Made by a program: the position numbers and the translations under genes
Shown here: positions 49,554 to 58,164 of the stretch, in pieces
How the letters are laid out: the number at the start of each line of letters is the position of its first letter
Numbering within the stretch: position 1 is the first letter of the stretch
Source: a virus
Taxonomy: Duplodnaviria; Caudoviricetes
Direction: 5' to 3' (one strand)
IMG/VR virus record: IMGVR_UViG_3300045974_000247
Location: 1-58,848 of that record
DNA length: 58,848 nt
Notes under the pieces: generated by a model
Database searches by the model: none
What the model saw: the letters and a program-made list of their open reading frames with translations, nothing else
Told to the model about the DNA's origin: nothing

Positions 49554-50059
49554 AGCACTTCGACGCTCGGGCTCCCTGGATTGCCGGGGTGGTGGTGCTG
49601 GTCGCTGCGGCCGGTGGCGGGTTGGAGACCATCAGCGACCCGAAGTTGTACAGCGACCACGGCTGGGCGCTGTACGTCTTCGGGGCAGACTTCATGCTGC
49701 TCATGATCATCATCCTCCGAGCGGCGCTCCAGCTGCGCGCCAACAAGAACTTCGACGCGCGCCTGGAGCACGCCGTCAAGGCCCGACTCGACCTGGCACG
49801 TCAGGTCGGGCAGCTGGAGGGTGCCGCCCGGGAGCGCAACATCCGGCTCGACCTACAGCGTCGCATCCTCGACACGCTGCGCGACCGCAGCGTCATCCTC
49901 CGGGACTGCGACGAGGACCACGAGCTGCGCCTGATGCGCATCGAGGAGAAGTTCCGGCTGTCGCATGACCAGGCGGTGGCGCGCGTGGCGCTGCGTGGTC
50001 GAGCCTTCGATGACTCGCTGGACAGCACGCTGGTGGAAGAGCTGACTCGCAAGCAGTAA
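49550..50059 (+). CDS. Membrane protein with coiled coil
   Basis: Two hydrophobic helices; ATGA overlap; last plus-strand gene. Confidence 0.6.
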   Translation: MKHFDARAPWIAGVVVLVAAAGGGLETISDPKLYSDHGWALYVFGADFMLLMIIILRAALQLRANKNFDARLEHAVKARLDLARQVGQLEGAARERNIRLDLQRRILDTLRDRSVILRDCDEDHELRLMRIEEKFRLSHDQAVARVALRGRAFDDSLDSTLVEELTRKQ

Positions 50060-50553
50060 CGCAGCTGCCCAACTCCGACAGGGCAAGTCTCGCAGGTTGC
50101 GGTCTTCCTGCGAGCGTCGTGGCACTCCCGGGCCCGTGGTGCCTCGGGTATGGCGGAGAGCACCTCCGAGCGGCCCCCGGCCAGCCGTCCCCAGCGGCCC
50201 GGTCCGGGGGCCTCTCGCCTTCCTCCCCCGTTCGGGGGATGAGTACCTGTCCGGGGGTAGCCTGAGGGGCCTCCGCGCCCCTAGGCACTGTGCGGCGAGG
50301 AGGGGGGGTCACAGGAGTGGCGGGTCGCCAGGTAGCGTCAGAGCCCGGGGCTGCCAGGGGCCTTCCCCCCACGGTCCCGGGGGCTGGTGTCCCCGGTCCT
50401 CCGGCTCCCGGGGGCTGGCGCGCCCCATGGGCCGGTAGGCTCGGGGGTCGAGCCCCCGGAGCGTCAGCCGGAGGGGCGCGAGGAGCGTCAGGCGCCAAGC
50501 CGCTCGCCAGCCCCCAGTCGAGGTCCCCCGGGAGCAACCTGCGGATGTGCGAA

Positions 50554-50595
50554 GGGCCCGACCCCCTGCGCCGTCAAGCGCAGGGGGTCGGGCCC
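50554..50595 (-). terminator. Perfect 18-bp hairpin between the convergent arms
   Basis: gggcccgaccccctgcgc-cgtcaa-gcgcagggggtcgggccc. Confidence 0.7.
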
Positions 50596-50620
50596 CCGGT
50601 GCTGCAGTCCTGCGCGCCGG

Positions 50621-50890
50621 TCAGCCGACGCTGATGATGCCGCGCTTCGTGTCGCCCAGGAGGTAGCCCGTGTCGCCGCCAGCCTCCACGAACTCGCCCA
50701 CGGTCATGCCCGACTTGTACAGCGAGCGGGTCTTGCTGGCGGCGCTGTCGGGCCGCTTCTCGACCTTGGCCGCGACAGCCGCCTTGTCGAGCACCTTGAT
50801 CTTCTGACCGAGCCGAGCAGCGCGGGCACCCGGCTCCTCCTTCGCCACGACCTTCTTCTCCACCTTCGTGTTCTTCTTCGCAGCAGCCAT
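50621..50890 (-). CDS. Small basic protein, KIKVL..Y..G.TV.E domain (paralog 1)
   Basis: Strong RBS AAGGAG; shares a domain with the C-termini of 51758-52810 and 57355-58164. Confidence 0.8.
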   Translation of the reverse strand: MAAAKKNTKVEKKVVAKEEPGARAARLGQKIKVLDKAAVAAKVEKRPDSAASKTRSLYKSGMTVGEFVEAGGDTGYLLGDTKRGIISVG

Positions 50891-50932
50891 CTGGCACTCC
50901 TTGGTTGGTTGGGGTACTGCCTCAGAGACAGA

Positions 50933-50960
50933 ACCATACGCTGGTTCGCACCAAGGGGAA
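50933..50960 (-). promoter_or_regulatory. Putative promoter for 50621-50890
   Basis: TTCCCC-N16-TATGGT, preceded by GCG as in the 8788 promoter; similar CAACCAACC leader. Confidence 0.4.
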
Positions 50961-50967
50961 GGCCCCC

Positions 50968-51016
50968 AACAAGAAGGGCCCGCTGGCTCGCCTAGTCAAG
51001 GCGAGCCAGCGGGCCC
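50968..51016 (-). terminator. Intrinsic terminator
   Basis: Perfect 17-bp stem gggcccgctggctcgcc/ggcgagccagcgggccc followed by TTCTTGTT on the minus strand. Confidence 0.75.
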
Positions 51017-51021
51017 AAGGG

Positions 51022-51210
51022 TCAGGCAGGGTCGCGCGCGCAGACCACGAGCGGCTGCGGCTCACGGCGCGGGTCGGGGTCGATGTGGTGCAAGTTCCCG
51101 CACCCGCAGTGCGTCAGCGGGCAGTTGGTCGGGTCGGAGCAGCGCCGCCTGACGAAATGCATCTTGGGGAGCTTGCCGGGTCGGAACCCGGGGAACACGA
51201 CGGGGCGCAT
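51022..51210 (-). CDS. Small Cys/His-rich protein
   Basis: RBS GGAGG; C...CP..HCGCG..HH. Confidence 0.5.
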   Translation of the reverse strand: MRPVVFPGFRPGKLPKMHFVRRRCSDPTNCPLTHCGCGNLHHIDPDPRREPQPLVVCARDPA

Positions 51211-51295
51211 CAGGACCTCCTTCAGCGGGTGATGAGGAACAGCACGAACGCAGCGGTGGCGAGCGCGTCCACGAGGACGTTGAGCCAGTTGTCCT

Positions 51296-51691
51296 TCATG
51301 TCGCCTCCACCGGCTGGTAGTACACCTCCCCAGTCTTCTCGTCCTTGAACTTGGCGCACGCCTGGGCGCCCTTCTCTTCGTACCCGGCATCGCGGCGCCA
51401 TCCCTCGTCCCAGCGCACGTCGCCCATGTACCGGGCGCGCTTGGCGACCTCCTTGCTGACGTCCACGATGGTGGGCGTGCCGGGCTTGTCGTAGTCGGGG
51501 AGGCGCCAGGCCTTCCCAGCGGTCATCTTGAACGGCATTGGCTTGATCCTTTCGCAGTAGTGGCAGGGTTGAACGGTCCACTCGCCCAGATTGTACGGCC
51601 CCTCCCCCTCGTTGGGGAGCGAAGGAGCGTACAGGGCGAGGATGCGGTTGCACCCGGGACAACGCTCCCGGTCAGGCTGCTTCTTCGACAC
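51296..51691 (-). CDS. Hypothetical protein with CxxC pairs
   Basis: RBS GGAGG, GTG start; CPGC...CHYC. Confidence 0.65.
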   Translation of the reverse strand: MSKKQPDRERCPGCNRILALYAPSLPNEGEGPYNLGEWTVQPCHYCERIKPMPFKMTAGKAWRLPDYDKPGTPTIVDVSKEVAKRARYMGDVRWDEGWRRDAGYEEKGAQACAKFKDEKTGEVYYQPVEAT

Positions 51692-51757
51692 GTGGCCTCC
51701 ACGCGCGCTCGGAGCCGGGCACTACGCCACCCGGCTCCGAGCCGCTCAGCGGTTGAG

Positions 51758-52810
51758 CTACTTGACGGCGACCAGGGCGCGCACCGTTGCGTCCTTGCGG
51801 ATGTACGTCCAGTCGCACCCGTGGGTCTGGCACTTCTCCTGGAACTGCTCGACCGTCATGCCGTCCTTGTAGAAGGTCCGGCACTCATACGCCTTGGAGG
51901 ACTTGTTGCCGGTGTCCTCCAGGAACTTCTTCAGCGCCGGCAGCACCTTGATCTTGGCGCCCTCCGGGAACCCGGTCCCCTTCGGAGCCTTGGGGGCCTT
52001 CTTCTCCTTCGGGGCCGCAGCCGGGGCAGGGGTCTTCTTGGCGACCTCGGCCTTGGCCGCCTTCGGGTCGAGGGTCTTGGCGGTGGCGAGCGCGGGAGCC
52101 TCGGGGGCCTTCGCCTCCCTGGGCACGCTCGCGCGGTCCACCTTCGCCACGCCCAGCTCCGGCATGGGGAGCTTCTTGGACTGCTTCTCGGTCTTCTTGT
52201 CGTCGGTCTTCTTGGCCATGGACTTCTCCTTCAGGTAGTTGTGGACCAGCTCAGCACGGACCTGCGCCGGGAGAAACCGGAAGCCAGCGCCGTGCTCCTT
52301 CTCCAACTCGCGTAGTGCGTCGATCAACTCCACGTGCTCGATGCGAGCCGCCAGGCTCGCCACGACCTCCTTCTGCGGGTCATCCGCCGGGTGCTTGTGG
52401 TTCGCGCGCATCAGGTCGAACAGCTTCTCTGCGAACTGCCAGGCCAGCGACACGCCGCTGGTCCGCTGCCCCCGGAGCGTCAGCTTCCGCACCGGGTTGT
52501 CGCTTGAGTTGTACTTGCCCTCCGTCATGAAGTCCAGGTGGTGGTAGAACTCGTGGAACACCGTCTTGAGGTGCGCGCGCGAGTGGATGGAGATGCTCCT
52601 GCTCTTCGGGTGGTACCAGCCGTTGGCCCCCTCGTCGGGGGTCCGCTCCGTAACCTGGGGAGGCTTGATCTTGTAGACCCGGGCGAGCACGGCCAGAACG
52701 ACCCGTGCTCGCTTGCGGTCTACCTTGAACCAGTAGCCTCGGTGTATGGGGAACAGCGCTCTCAACTCTCGGGGACACCGCACGTCCCACGTCTGGGTAG
52801 CAGCGAGCAT
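51758..52810 (-). CDS. HExxH metallopeptidase-like domain + K/A/P-rich linker + KIKVL domain (paralog 2)
   Basis: GWY......I.I....TVFHEFYHH; internal RBS+ATG at 52219. Confidence 0.7.
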   Translation of the reverse strand: MLAATQTWDVRCPRELRALFPIHRGYWFKVDRKRARVVLAVLARVYKIKPPQVTERTPDEGANGWYHPKSRSISIHSRAHLKTVFHEFYHHLDFMTEGKYNSSDNPVRKLTLRGQRTSGVSLAWQFAEKLFDLMRANHKHPADDPQKEVVASLAARIEHVELIDALRELEKEHGAGFRFLPAQVRAELVHNYLKEKSMAKKTDDKKTEKQSKKLPMPELGVAKVDRASVPREAKAPEAPALATAKTLDPKAAKAEVAKKTPAPAAAPKEKKAPKAPKGTGFPEGAKIKVLPALKKFLEDTGNKSSKAYECRTFYKDGMTVEQFQEKCQTHGCDWTYIRKDATVRALVAVK

Positions 52811-52814
52811 CGGG

Positions 52815-53342
52815 TCACCGAGCCGGGATGAGGTTGAAGTGCCGAGCGGCTGCGAGCTGCTCCACGCCGTCACCGTGGTGGTCGCGCCCCTCGGCCTCGC
52901 ACACCTCCTCATAGTCCTCGTCCTGCGCCAAGCGGTCAGCCGTCACGGACCAGCGGACCTCGCCGCACCCGTTGATGCTGACGAGGCAGAACCACCGGCC
53001 ATCGCGCTGGAAGTAGTAGTCAGCGCACTTGGGGTGGGTGAGCCAGGGGCTGTCGGCGCGCACCTCCGCGAGCACGTAGCTGTTCTTGCTGCGCGACCAG
53101 TAGATGTCGTTGGTCGTGTTCATGTCGCGGAGCGTCACGTCCACCCGGGCTCCGTGCTGCGTGTCCTTCCAGCCGAAGATGGCCGGGGGCCCCGCGATGA
53201 ACCGCTCGGGGATGCCCTTGGCGCACTCCTCGCAGAGCCGCGTGCCGTAGATGGTCTTGACCTTCCCCCTCGGGGAGGGGCACCCGTCAGGGTGCACGGT
53301 CCGGCAGCGGAGAGCTTCGCATTCGCAGGTACGGGTGGTCAT
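52815..53342 (-). CDS. Hypothetical protein
   Basis: CECE...H...CP...LCEECA; RBS GAGG. Confidence 0.6.
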   Translation of the reverse strand: MTTRTCECEALRCRTVHPDGCPSPRGKVKTIYGTRLCEECAKGIPERFIAGPPAIFGWKDTQHGARVDVTLRDMNTTNDIYWSRSKNSYVLAEVRADSPWLTHPKCADYYFQRDGRWFCLVSINGCGEVRWSVTADRLAQDEDYEEVCEAEGRDHHGDGVEQLAAARHFNLIPAR

Positions 53343-53596
53343 GGCTTCCTCTTCGCAGGCGTCCAGCCCGCGCGCTTGAGTAGGTTGAGAACATCGGTGG
53401 GCTTGGTCGGCGGGCTGTACCCCTCCACGAGGGGCTTCCCATCGAGGCTGATCCAGTACTGCGGGCGGGAGGACGAGCGCCCCCCACCCAGGTAGGTCCA
53501 GGAGTACCGCAGGCTCACCTGGACGCGGTTGTCTTCGGAGCGCCACTCCTGGAAGCGGAGCGGCTTGAGGGTCCGGTCGAGGAGCTTGACGCCCAT
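53339..53596 (-). CDS. Hypothetical protein
   Basis: ATGA overlap; RBS GGAG. Confidence 0.6.
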   Translation of the reverse strand: MGVKLLDRTLKPLRFQEWRSEDNRVQVSLRYSWTYLGGGRSSSRPQYWISLDGKPLVEGYSPPTKPTDVLNLLKRAGWTPAKRKP

Positions 53597-53598
53597 GG

Positions 53599-54108
53599 CT
53601 AGTCTCCAATGCCGTGGTACTCTTCCGTCACCACCAGGCCCTTGCCGGCCCCCAGGTCGATGACGTACACCTGGTTGAGCTTCATCCCCTGGCCCCACGT
53701 GGACTTCGGGAACCAGCGCTGGTCGCGCCAGTGCCACACCTCGTGGAACCGCTGGCTGATCGCCTCCCCCATCAGCGGGGTCAGCGCCGCGCCCTGGTAC
53801 GTCAGGTCGTGGGCGTACCAGCAGCGGTCATCGTAGGACATCTGCTTCTCGTGGACGAAGGTTCGCGTGGCGAGGTGGACGACGCCAGCCGACTGGCGGG
53901 TGACCCGGAGCGTGATGCGGGGCTCCAAGCGGAGCTCACCAGCGTCGGTGGTGTACACGTACAGGTTGAGCTCCTCCTTGAAGGTGCCGCCCCGGATGAC
54001 CTCGGGGAAGGCCAGCGCCTCCACCCGGTTGCGGCGCACGTATGCGACCACGGTGTCGCCGGGGAGGAGCTGGGAGCTGGACACGTCGGTCTGGTAGGTC
54101 GGCTGCAT
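53599..54108 (-). CDS. Hypothetical protein
   Basis: RBS GGAG after the conserved leader. Confidence 0.65.
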   Translation of the reverse strand: MQPTYQTDVSSSQLLPGDTVVAYVRRNRVEALAFPEVIRGGTFKEELNLYVYTTDAGELRLEPRITLRVTRQSAGVVHLATRTFVHEKQMSYDDRCWYAHDLTYQGAALTPLMGEAISQRFHEVWHWRDQRWFPKSTWGQGMKLNQVYVIDLGAGKGLVVTEEYHGIGD

Positions 54109-54140
54109 GGTTGGTCTCCAGAGGGTAGGTTGAGCATCGG

Positions 54141-54198
54141 GTCGAGGGACCCAGCGAGAGGAGCGAGCAGCGCTCGCCCCCCTCAAGTGCTCCTCGAC
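54141..54198 (-). ncRNA. Conserved intergenic stem-loop element, copy A
   Basis: GUCGAGGAGCACUUGAG-[variable hairpin]-CUCGCUGGGUCCCUCGAC. Confidence 0.75.
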
Positions 54199-54235
54199 AG
54201 AGCCACGGAGCCTACCGTGGCTGGCGGTGGTGCGA

Positions 54236-54427
54236 CTAGTCAGCCTTCCTGTTGTGCGGCCAACGGAGGGAGTGCGTCCATCCTCCGGGGAGCGGCTCAG
54301 CCCAGCGCTCGTTGTCGAGCACCCCGGCGCAGCGCTGCCCGGGGGAAGCGTCGCACGTGGGGCAGCGGAAGACGAGGGAGCGCGCGACCTGGGCCGCGTG
54401 CCACTCGGACATCGGGAGCGACTTCAT
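54236..54427 (-). CDS. Small Zn-finger protein
   Basis: CPTC.A.PG.RC...H..R; RBS AAGGAGG. Confidence 0.6.
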   Translation of the reverse strand: MKSLPMSEWHAAQVARSLVFRCPTCDASPGQRCAGVLDNERWAEPLPGGWTHSLRWPHNRKAD

Positions 54428-54705
54428 GGTGCCCTCCTTCGGGCGGGGAGTCGAGCGGTTTGGGAGCAGCGGGAGCCGTGAGCGGTCTGGACGTAGACGA
54501 TGGCGGTGAGCGGCCACTCACGAGGGTTGTACGGCATGACCTCCAGCGGGACGATGTCGAAGCCCAGCTTGGCGGCGAACGCTTCGATGCGGTCCGGGTC
54601 TGCGTGCTGCGCGAGCGGGTGGCGCGTGGTCCCTTCGTACATCGGGGCCACGTCCTCCTTCTCGCTGTCCTCTGCGCGGGTGATGCGGAAGTAGAGCTTG
54701 GCCAT
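54424..54705 (-). CDS. Hypothetical protein
   Basis: Coupled to both neighbours. Confidence 0.55.
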   Translation of the reverse strand: MAKLYFRITRAEDSEKEDVAPMYEGTTRHPLAQHADPDRIEAFAAKLGFDIVPLEVMPYNPREWPLTAIVYVQTAHGSRCSQTARLPARRRAP

Positions 54706-55085
54706 CACACGCTCCAGTTGAAGATGACTTCGTTCGTGCGCGGCCACATCGTCGTCATCATCGCGGAGGGCCCGCCGTCATCCGCGCCCATCACCATCTC
54801 CTCCACGTGGGCCCGGGTCCAGAAGGAGGGGCTGAGGGAGGAGTCGTTGAGCATGTCGTTGTCGAGCGCGGCGCGCAGCTCCCGGCGCAGCTCCAGCTGG
54901 TCGTGCTTCGGGACCGCGCCGTGCTCAGCCACGTAGCAGCCGACCAGGTTGTCCAGGACGACTGCGAGGAGGTCAGGCGTGGCCGTGTAGCCGCAGCCGT
55001 GGCACTTCGTTCCCAGCTCCAGGAGGAGGGACCGGCGGGAGCCGTTCATGTCGGGCGGGCAGCGGGGGCAGTAGTGGGTGGTCAT
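54705..55085 (-). CDS. Hypothetical protein with N-terminal Zn ribbon
   Basis: CPRC...CHGCG; RBS GAGGAG. Confidence 0.6.
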   Translation of the reverse strand: MTTHYCPRCPPDMNGSRRSLLLELGTKCHGCGYTATPDLLAVVLDNLVGCYVAEHGAVPKHDQLELRRELRAALDNDMLNDSSLSPSFWTRAHVEEMVMGADDGGPSAMMTTMWPRTNEVIFNWSV

Positions 55086-55087
55086 GG

Positions 55088-55372
55088 TCACTTCTCCTCG
55101 CAGGAGCAGAGCCCCTGGCACTTCGGGCAGTCGCACTCCCCGTAGATGGCGGCGGTGCAGGGTCGGTTGGTTGCCGCCCACTCGACGCAGGCGGGGCACT
55201 TCGGGGTCGCCAGGTGCCAGAGCTTCTCGCGCCACTCGATGAGTCCCGCCTTCTCCATGTCGCGGAGGGAGGCGCGGCAGTTCAGGAGCAGCTGGTCAGC
55301 GGTGGCGGGGCCGGTCTGGAGTCGGGCCAGGACGAGCGCCTGGCCGGTGAGCTTCCTGTTCTTGGTCGTCAT
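55088..55372 (-). CDS. wHTH-like plus Cys-rich protein
   Basis: VL.RL..GP.T...L...L..MEKAGLI; CPAC...C...CDCPKC..C.C. Confidence 0.6.
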   Translation of the reverse strand: MTTKNRKLTGQALVLARLQTGPATADQLLLNCRASLRDMEKAGLIEWREKLWHLATPKCPACVEWAATNRPCTAAIYGECDCPKCQGLCSCEEK

Positions 55373-55374
55373 GG

Positions 55375-55587
55375 CTAGCCTCGGGCTGCGTAGGTGAGGA
55401 GGGAGTTGGCGAGGTGGAGGGCCTGCTTCTTCGTGAGCCGGATAGACTGGGTGGCGAAGCCGCGCCGCCACTTGCCGTCGGAGCCCAGCACGGAGGCGCG
55501 GTTGCCGACGATGAGCTCCAGCTTCGGCTCTCCGTCACGGCAGGTCACTGCGAAGGGGCGCTTGGTCTTGCGGACGAGGGGGATCAT
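55375..55587 (-). CDS. Hypothetical protein
   Basis: RBS GGAG; I.LT..QA..LA..LL ending. Confidence 0.6.
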   Translation of the reverse strand: MIPLVRKTKRPFAVTCRDGEPKLELIVGNRASVLGSDGKWRRGFATQSIRLTKKQALHLANSLLTYAARG

Positions 55588-55617
55588 TGGTGTCTCCAGG
55601 TAGGGTGAGCGGTTGGA

Positions 55618-55854
55618 CTAGCTGCGGCGGGTGATGACGACAACGGCGTGGCGGGCGAAGTGGACGTGGACGCGGGGCAGGTCGGAGCCCTCGGCGATGA
55701 GCTTGGGCTCGCAGGTGAACGTGAAGGACTCGCCAACCTCCAGCTCGTCCAGCTGCGCTTCGCGGCGCACGGAGCAGGCCAGCGCTGCGAGGCTGAGAGC
55801 GGTCTTGAGCTTGCCGGTCCCGGAGTTGTAGCTGTCGAAGGTCTTGGTCGTCAT
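55618..55854 (-). CDS. Hypothetical protein (MTTK start)
   Basis: RBS GGAG after stem-loop B. Confidence 0.6.
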   Translation of the reverse strand: MTTKTFDSYNSGTGKLKTALSLAALACSVRREAQLDELEVGESFTFTCEPKLIAEGSDLPRVHVHFARHAVVVITRRS

Positions 55855-55884
55855 GGCGGTGTCTCCGAAGGGTAGGGTGAACGG

Positions 55885-55949
55885 GTCGAGGGACCCAGCG
55901 AGCAAGAGGAGCGGCCGCAGCCGGTCCTCCCGCTCAAGTGCTCCTCGAC
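55885..55949 (-). ncRNA. Conserved intergenic stem-loop element, copy B
   Basis: Identical arms to copy A, different apical hairpin. Confidence 0.75.
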
Positions 55950-56188
55950 TAGCTGCGGGTGCTCCAGTGCAGCAGGGAGCCGGAGGGGAACCCCTCGCCC
56001 GGGACAGCGGCGACAGGCTCGGTGAACCAGGCGTTGAGGACGTCAGCGGAGGCCTGGTTGTCGAACACGTCCAGGATGACGTGGCCGACGTGCGCCAGGA
56101 CGTTCCGGACCCGCGCCCCTTCGATGCCGCGCTTCTGGGTCGCTGCGATAGCCTGGTCGGCGTTGCCCTTCACGATCAGCGTGTACAT
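55949..56188 (-). CDS. Hypothetical protein
   Basis: L..WF.E......G.P.GSLL.W pattern; RBS GAGG. Confidence 0.6.
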   Translation of the reverse strand: MYTLIVKGNADQAIAATQKRGIEGARVRNVLAHVGHVILDVFDNQASADVLNAWFTEPVAAVPGEGFPSGSLLHWSTRS

Positions 56189-56190
56189 GG

Positions 56191-56373
56191 CTAGTTCCTC
56201 TCCAGTCGGTCGATGTCGTTGATCATCATGATCGCGTTCTGCGCCGCGTGGCTGTTCAGGCACCAGTCGCGCACCGCCTTCTTCTGGTCCCGGTCCTCGG
56301 CCTCTCGCAGCGCCTTGTTGGCCATCGCGAGTGCAGCGAGCAGCGCCTTCATGTTCTTGTTCGTGAGCTTCAT
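56191..56373 (-). CDS. Hypothetical protein
   Basis: RBS AAGGAG. Confidence 0.6.
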   Translation of the reverse strand: MKLTNKNMKALLAALAMANKALREAEDRDQKKAVRDWCLNSHAAQNAIMMINDIDRLERN

Positions 56374-56399
56374 GGCAGCTCCTTCAGGTAGGGTGAGCT

Positions 56400-56858
56400 T
56401 CAGTACTCCACGCACTGCGTCATGACCTTGCGCCAGCCCTTGACCATCTTGGCTCCCTTGGCGAAGGAGGTCAGCCCCCCGGCCCGCCGGATGAGGACGT
56501 GGAGCCGGTTGCGGCAGAACACGGAGGAGAGCTTGCCGGCGTCGTTCGGCATCCCGGTGACGATGGTCAGCCAGAGGTCCCCGTGCTCCGTCATCTTGGT
56601 CTCCTGCTCCTTGACCTCGTAGCGGTAGGAGCCGTCAGACTGCGGGGCGCGCATCCGGTTGACGATGCGCTCGACCATCGCGGTCTGGGCAGGGGTCTGC
56701 TTCGTGCCGCGCTTCAGGACCTTTCGAGCGGCCCGCTCACCGCAGTTGGGGCACTCATACGTCGGGACCATCTTCGCCAGCTCCTCGCTCCACGTGGTCG
56801 TCTTCTTCCAGAAGTCCACGCCGCATCCGCAGTTCACTCCGCGCTTGATCTCGGCCAT
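56400..56858 (-). CDS. Hypothetical protein with Zn ribbon
   Basis: CGCG...CPNCG; RBS GAGGAG. Confidence 0.65.
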   Translation of the reverse strand: MAEIKRGVNCGCGVDFWKKTTTWSEELAKMVPTYECPNCGERAARKVLKRGTKQTPAQTAMVERIVNRMRAPQSDGSYRYEVKEQETKMTEHGDLWLTIVTGMPNDAGKLSSVFCRNRLHVLIRRAGGLTSFAKGAKMVKGWRKVMTQCVEY

Positions 56859-56860
56859 GG

Positions 56861-57052
56861 TCAGCTCCTCTTGAGGGGGGCGAGCTTGAACAGCTTCTGC
56901 GAGCACTTCAGGCACCGCCCGACCTCGGGCTGGTTGCGCGGGGTCTGAGGGCGGATGGTATGGGAGCAAGCTTCGATGCCGCAGTCCACGCAGTGGTAGA
57001 TGCGGCCGCAGCGTCCCGCACGGCACGAGCGACAGGCGATGGTCTTCTTCAT
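56861..57052 (-). CDS. Small Cys-rich protein
   Basis: CRSC...C..CVDC...C.H...CLKC; RBS AAGGAG. Confidence 0.6.
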   Translation of the reverse strand: MKKTIACRSCRAGRCGRIYHCVDCGIEACSHTIRPQTPRNQPEVGRCLKCSQKLFKLAPLKRS

Positions 57053-57054
57053 GG

Positions 57055-57261
57055 TCAGCTCCTTGCGGCGTCGTTCTGGAGGCACATCGAGCAGGTCACG
57101 GAGCCGTCCTCTGCCTCGTCGCAGCAGGCGCGGCACACGGGGTCGAGGCAACGGTCGCAGGTGAGGATCATCACCTGGTTGTCGCCGCAGCGGAAGATGA
57201 CGGGAACCTTCTTCTTGTCGCAGCAGCAGCAGGTGCGGTCGGGCTCGTTCGTGGCGGCCAT
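57055..57261 (-). CDS. Small Cys-rich protein
   Basis: CCCC, CDRC..PVC..CC, CSMC; RBS GGAG. Confidence 0.6.
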   Translation of the reverse strand: MAATNEPDRTCCCCDKKKVPVIFRCGDNQVMILTCDRCLDPVCRACCDEAEDGSVTCSMCLQNDAARS

Positions 57262-57292
57262 GGTCGGCTCCAGTGAGTAGGTTGAACGTCGG

Positions 57293-57355
57293 GTCGAGGG
57301 ACCCAGCGAGCCCAGCGAGTCCCGAAGGGCTCGCCAGGCTCAAGTGCTCCTCGAC
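57293..57355 (-). ncRNA. Conserved intergenic stem-loop element, copy C
   Basis: Identical arms; apical hairpin capped by cUUCGg. Confidence 0.78.
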
Positions 57356-58164
57356 TACTTGACGCTGATCAGGCCACGGCGGATGTCGCCGTGGAGGTAG
57401 CCCATGTCCAGCTCGGCCTTCGCCATCGCCTTCCGCCACTCGCCCACCGTCTTGGACTTGGCGTACAGGTCGAAGATGCGGCGAGCGTTCTTGCCGCGCT
57501 TCGGGTTCTCGGTCACGAGCACCTTGATCTTCGACTCGTTGGAGATGACCTCGGCGCGCTCGGCCTTGGCGGCGGGCTTCGTGGCCTTCTTGGACTCGAC
57601 CTTCTTGGCGGCGGGCTTCGTGGACTTCTTGGCGGTGGTCTTCACGGTGGTCTCCTTCTTCGTGGCGGGGGACTTCGGGGTGGTGACCTTCGCAGCCTTG
57701 GGGGCGGCCTTGCGGGCCTTGTCCTCGGCAACGGTGCGGTCGAGGGGGTGCTTCTCGGTGGCAACGGGGGCAGCGACAGCGGCGGTCTTGGTCGTCATGG
57801 CAGACTCCTTCTTGGGGTTGGACTTCTTGGACTGCTTCACAGCGGTGGACTTGTCGTTGAGGACATCGAAACCGAGCTTCGTGATCCAGCAGGTCGAGGG
57901 GTCCTGGTTGGTCCCCATGAACATCTCGTTGGTTCCCTCCTGCACCCCGACCAGCCCCTTCTTCTGCAGCGAGTTGAGCACGCCGCTGTAGGACTTGGCG
58001 GCACCGGAGAAGTCGAGGAGGGAGGAGTCGGACCAGACCGCGTTGTCGATGATCTCGGGGTTGGTCCCGTCCCCGCCGTTCAGGCAGTTGTAGAGAGAGG
58101 TGGCGATGCCGAAGAGAAGGTTGCGCTCCATCGAGGTCAGGGTCATCGAGGTCTTGGTCGTCAT
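57355..58164 (-). CDS. wHTH-like domain + histone H1-like K/A linker + KIKVL domain (paralog 3)
   Basis: LT..E...L, SGVLNSL.KKGLV, ITKLG; AKK repeats; NPKR....F.LY....TV.EW......D.GYL.GD..RG.I.V. Confidence 0.75.
   Translation of the reverse strand: MTTKTSMTLTSMERNLLFGIATSLYNCLNGGDGTNPEIIDNAVWSDSSLLDFSGAAKSYSGVLNSLQKKGLVGVQEGTNEMFMGTNQDPSTCWITKLGFDVLNDKSTAVKQSKKSNPKKESAMTTKTAAVAAPVATEKHPLDRTVAEDKARKAAPKAAKVTTPKSPATKKETTVKTTAKKSTKPAAKKVESKKATKPAAKAERAEVISNESKIKVLVTENPKRGKNARRIFDLYAKSKTVGEWRKAMAKAELDMGYLHGDIRRGLISVK

Noticed and set aside
54141-57355. Integron cassette array or intrinsic terminators
   Set aside because: No tyrosine recombinase, no RYYYAAC/GTTRRRY boxes and no U-tracts; kept only as an analogy
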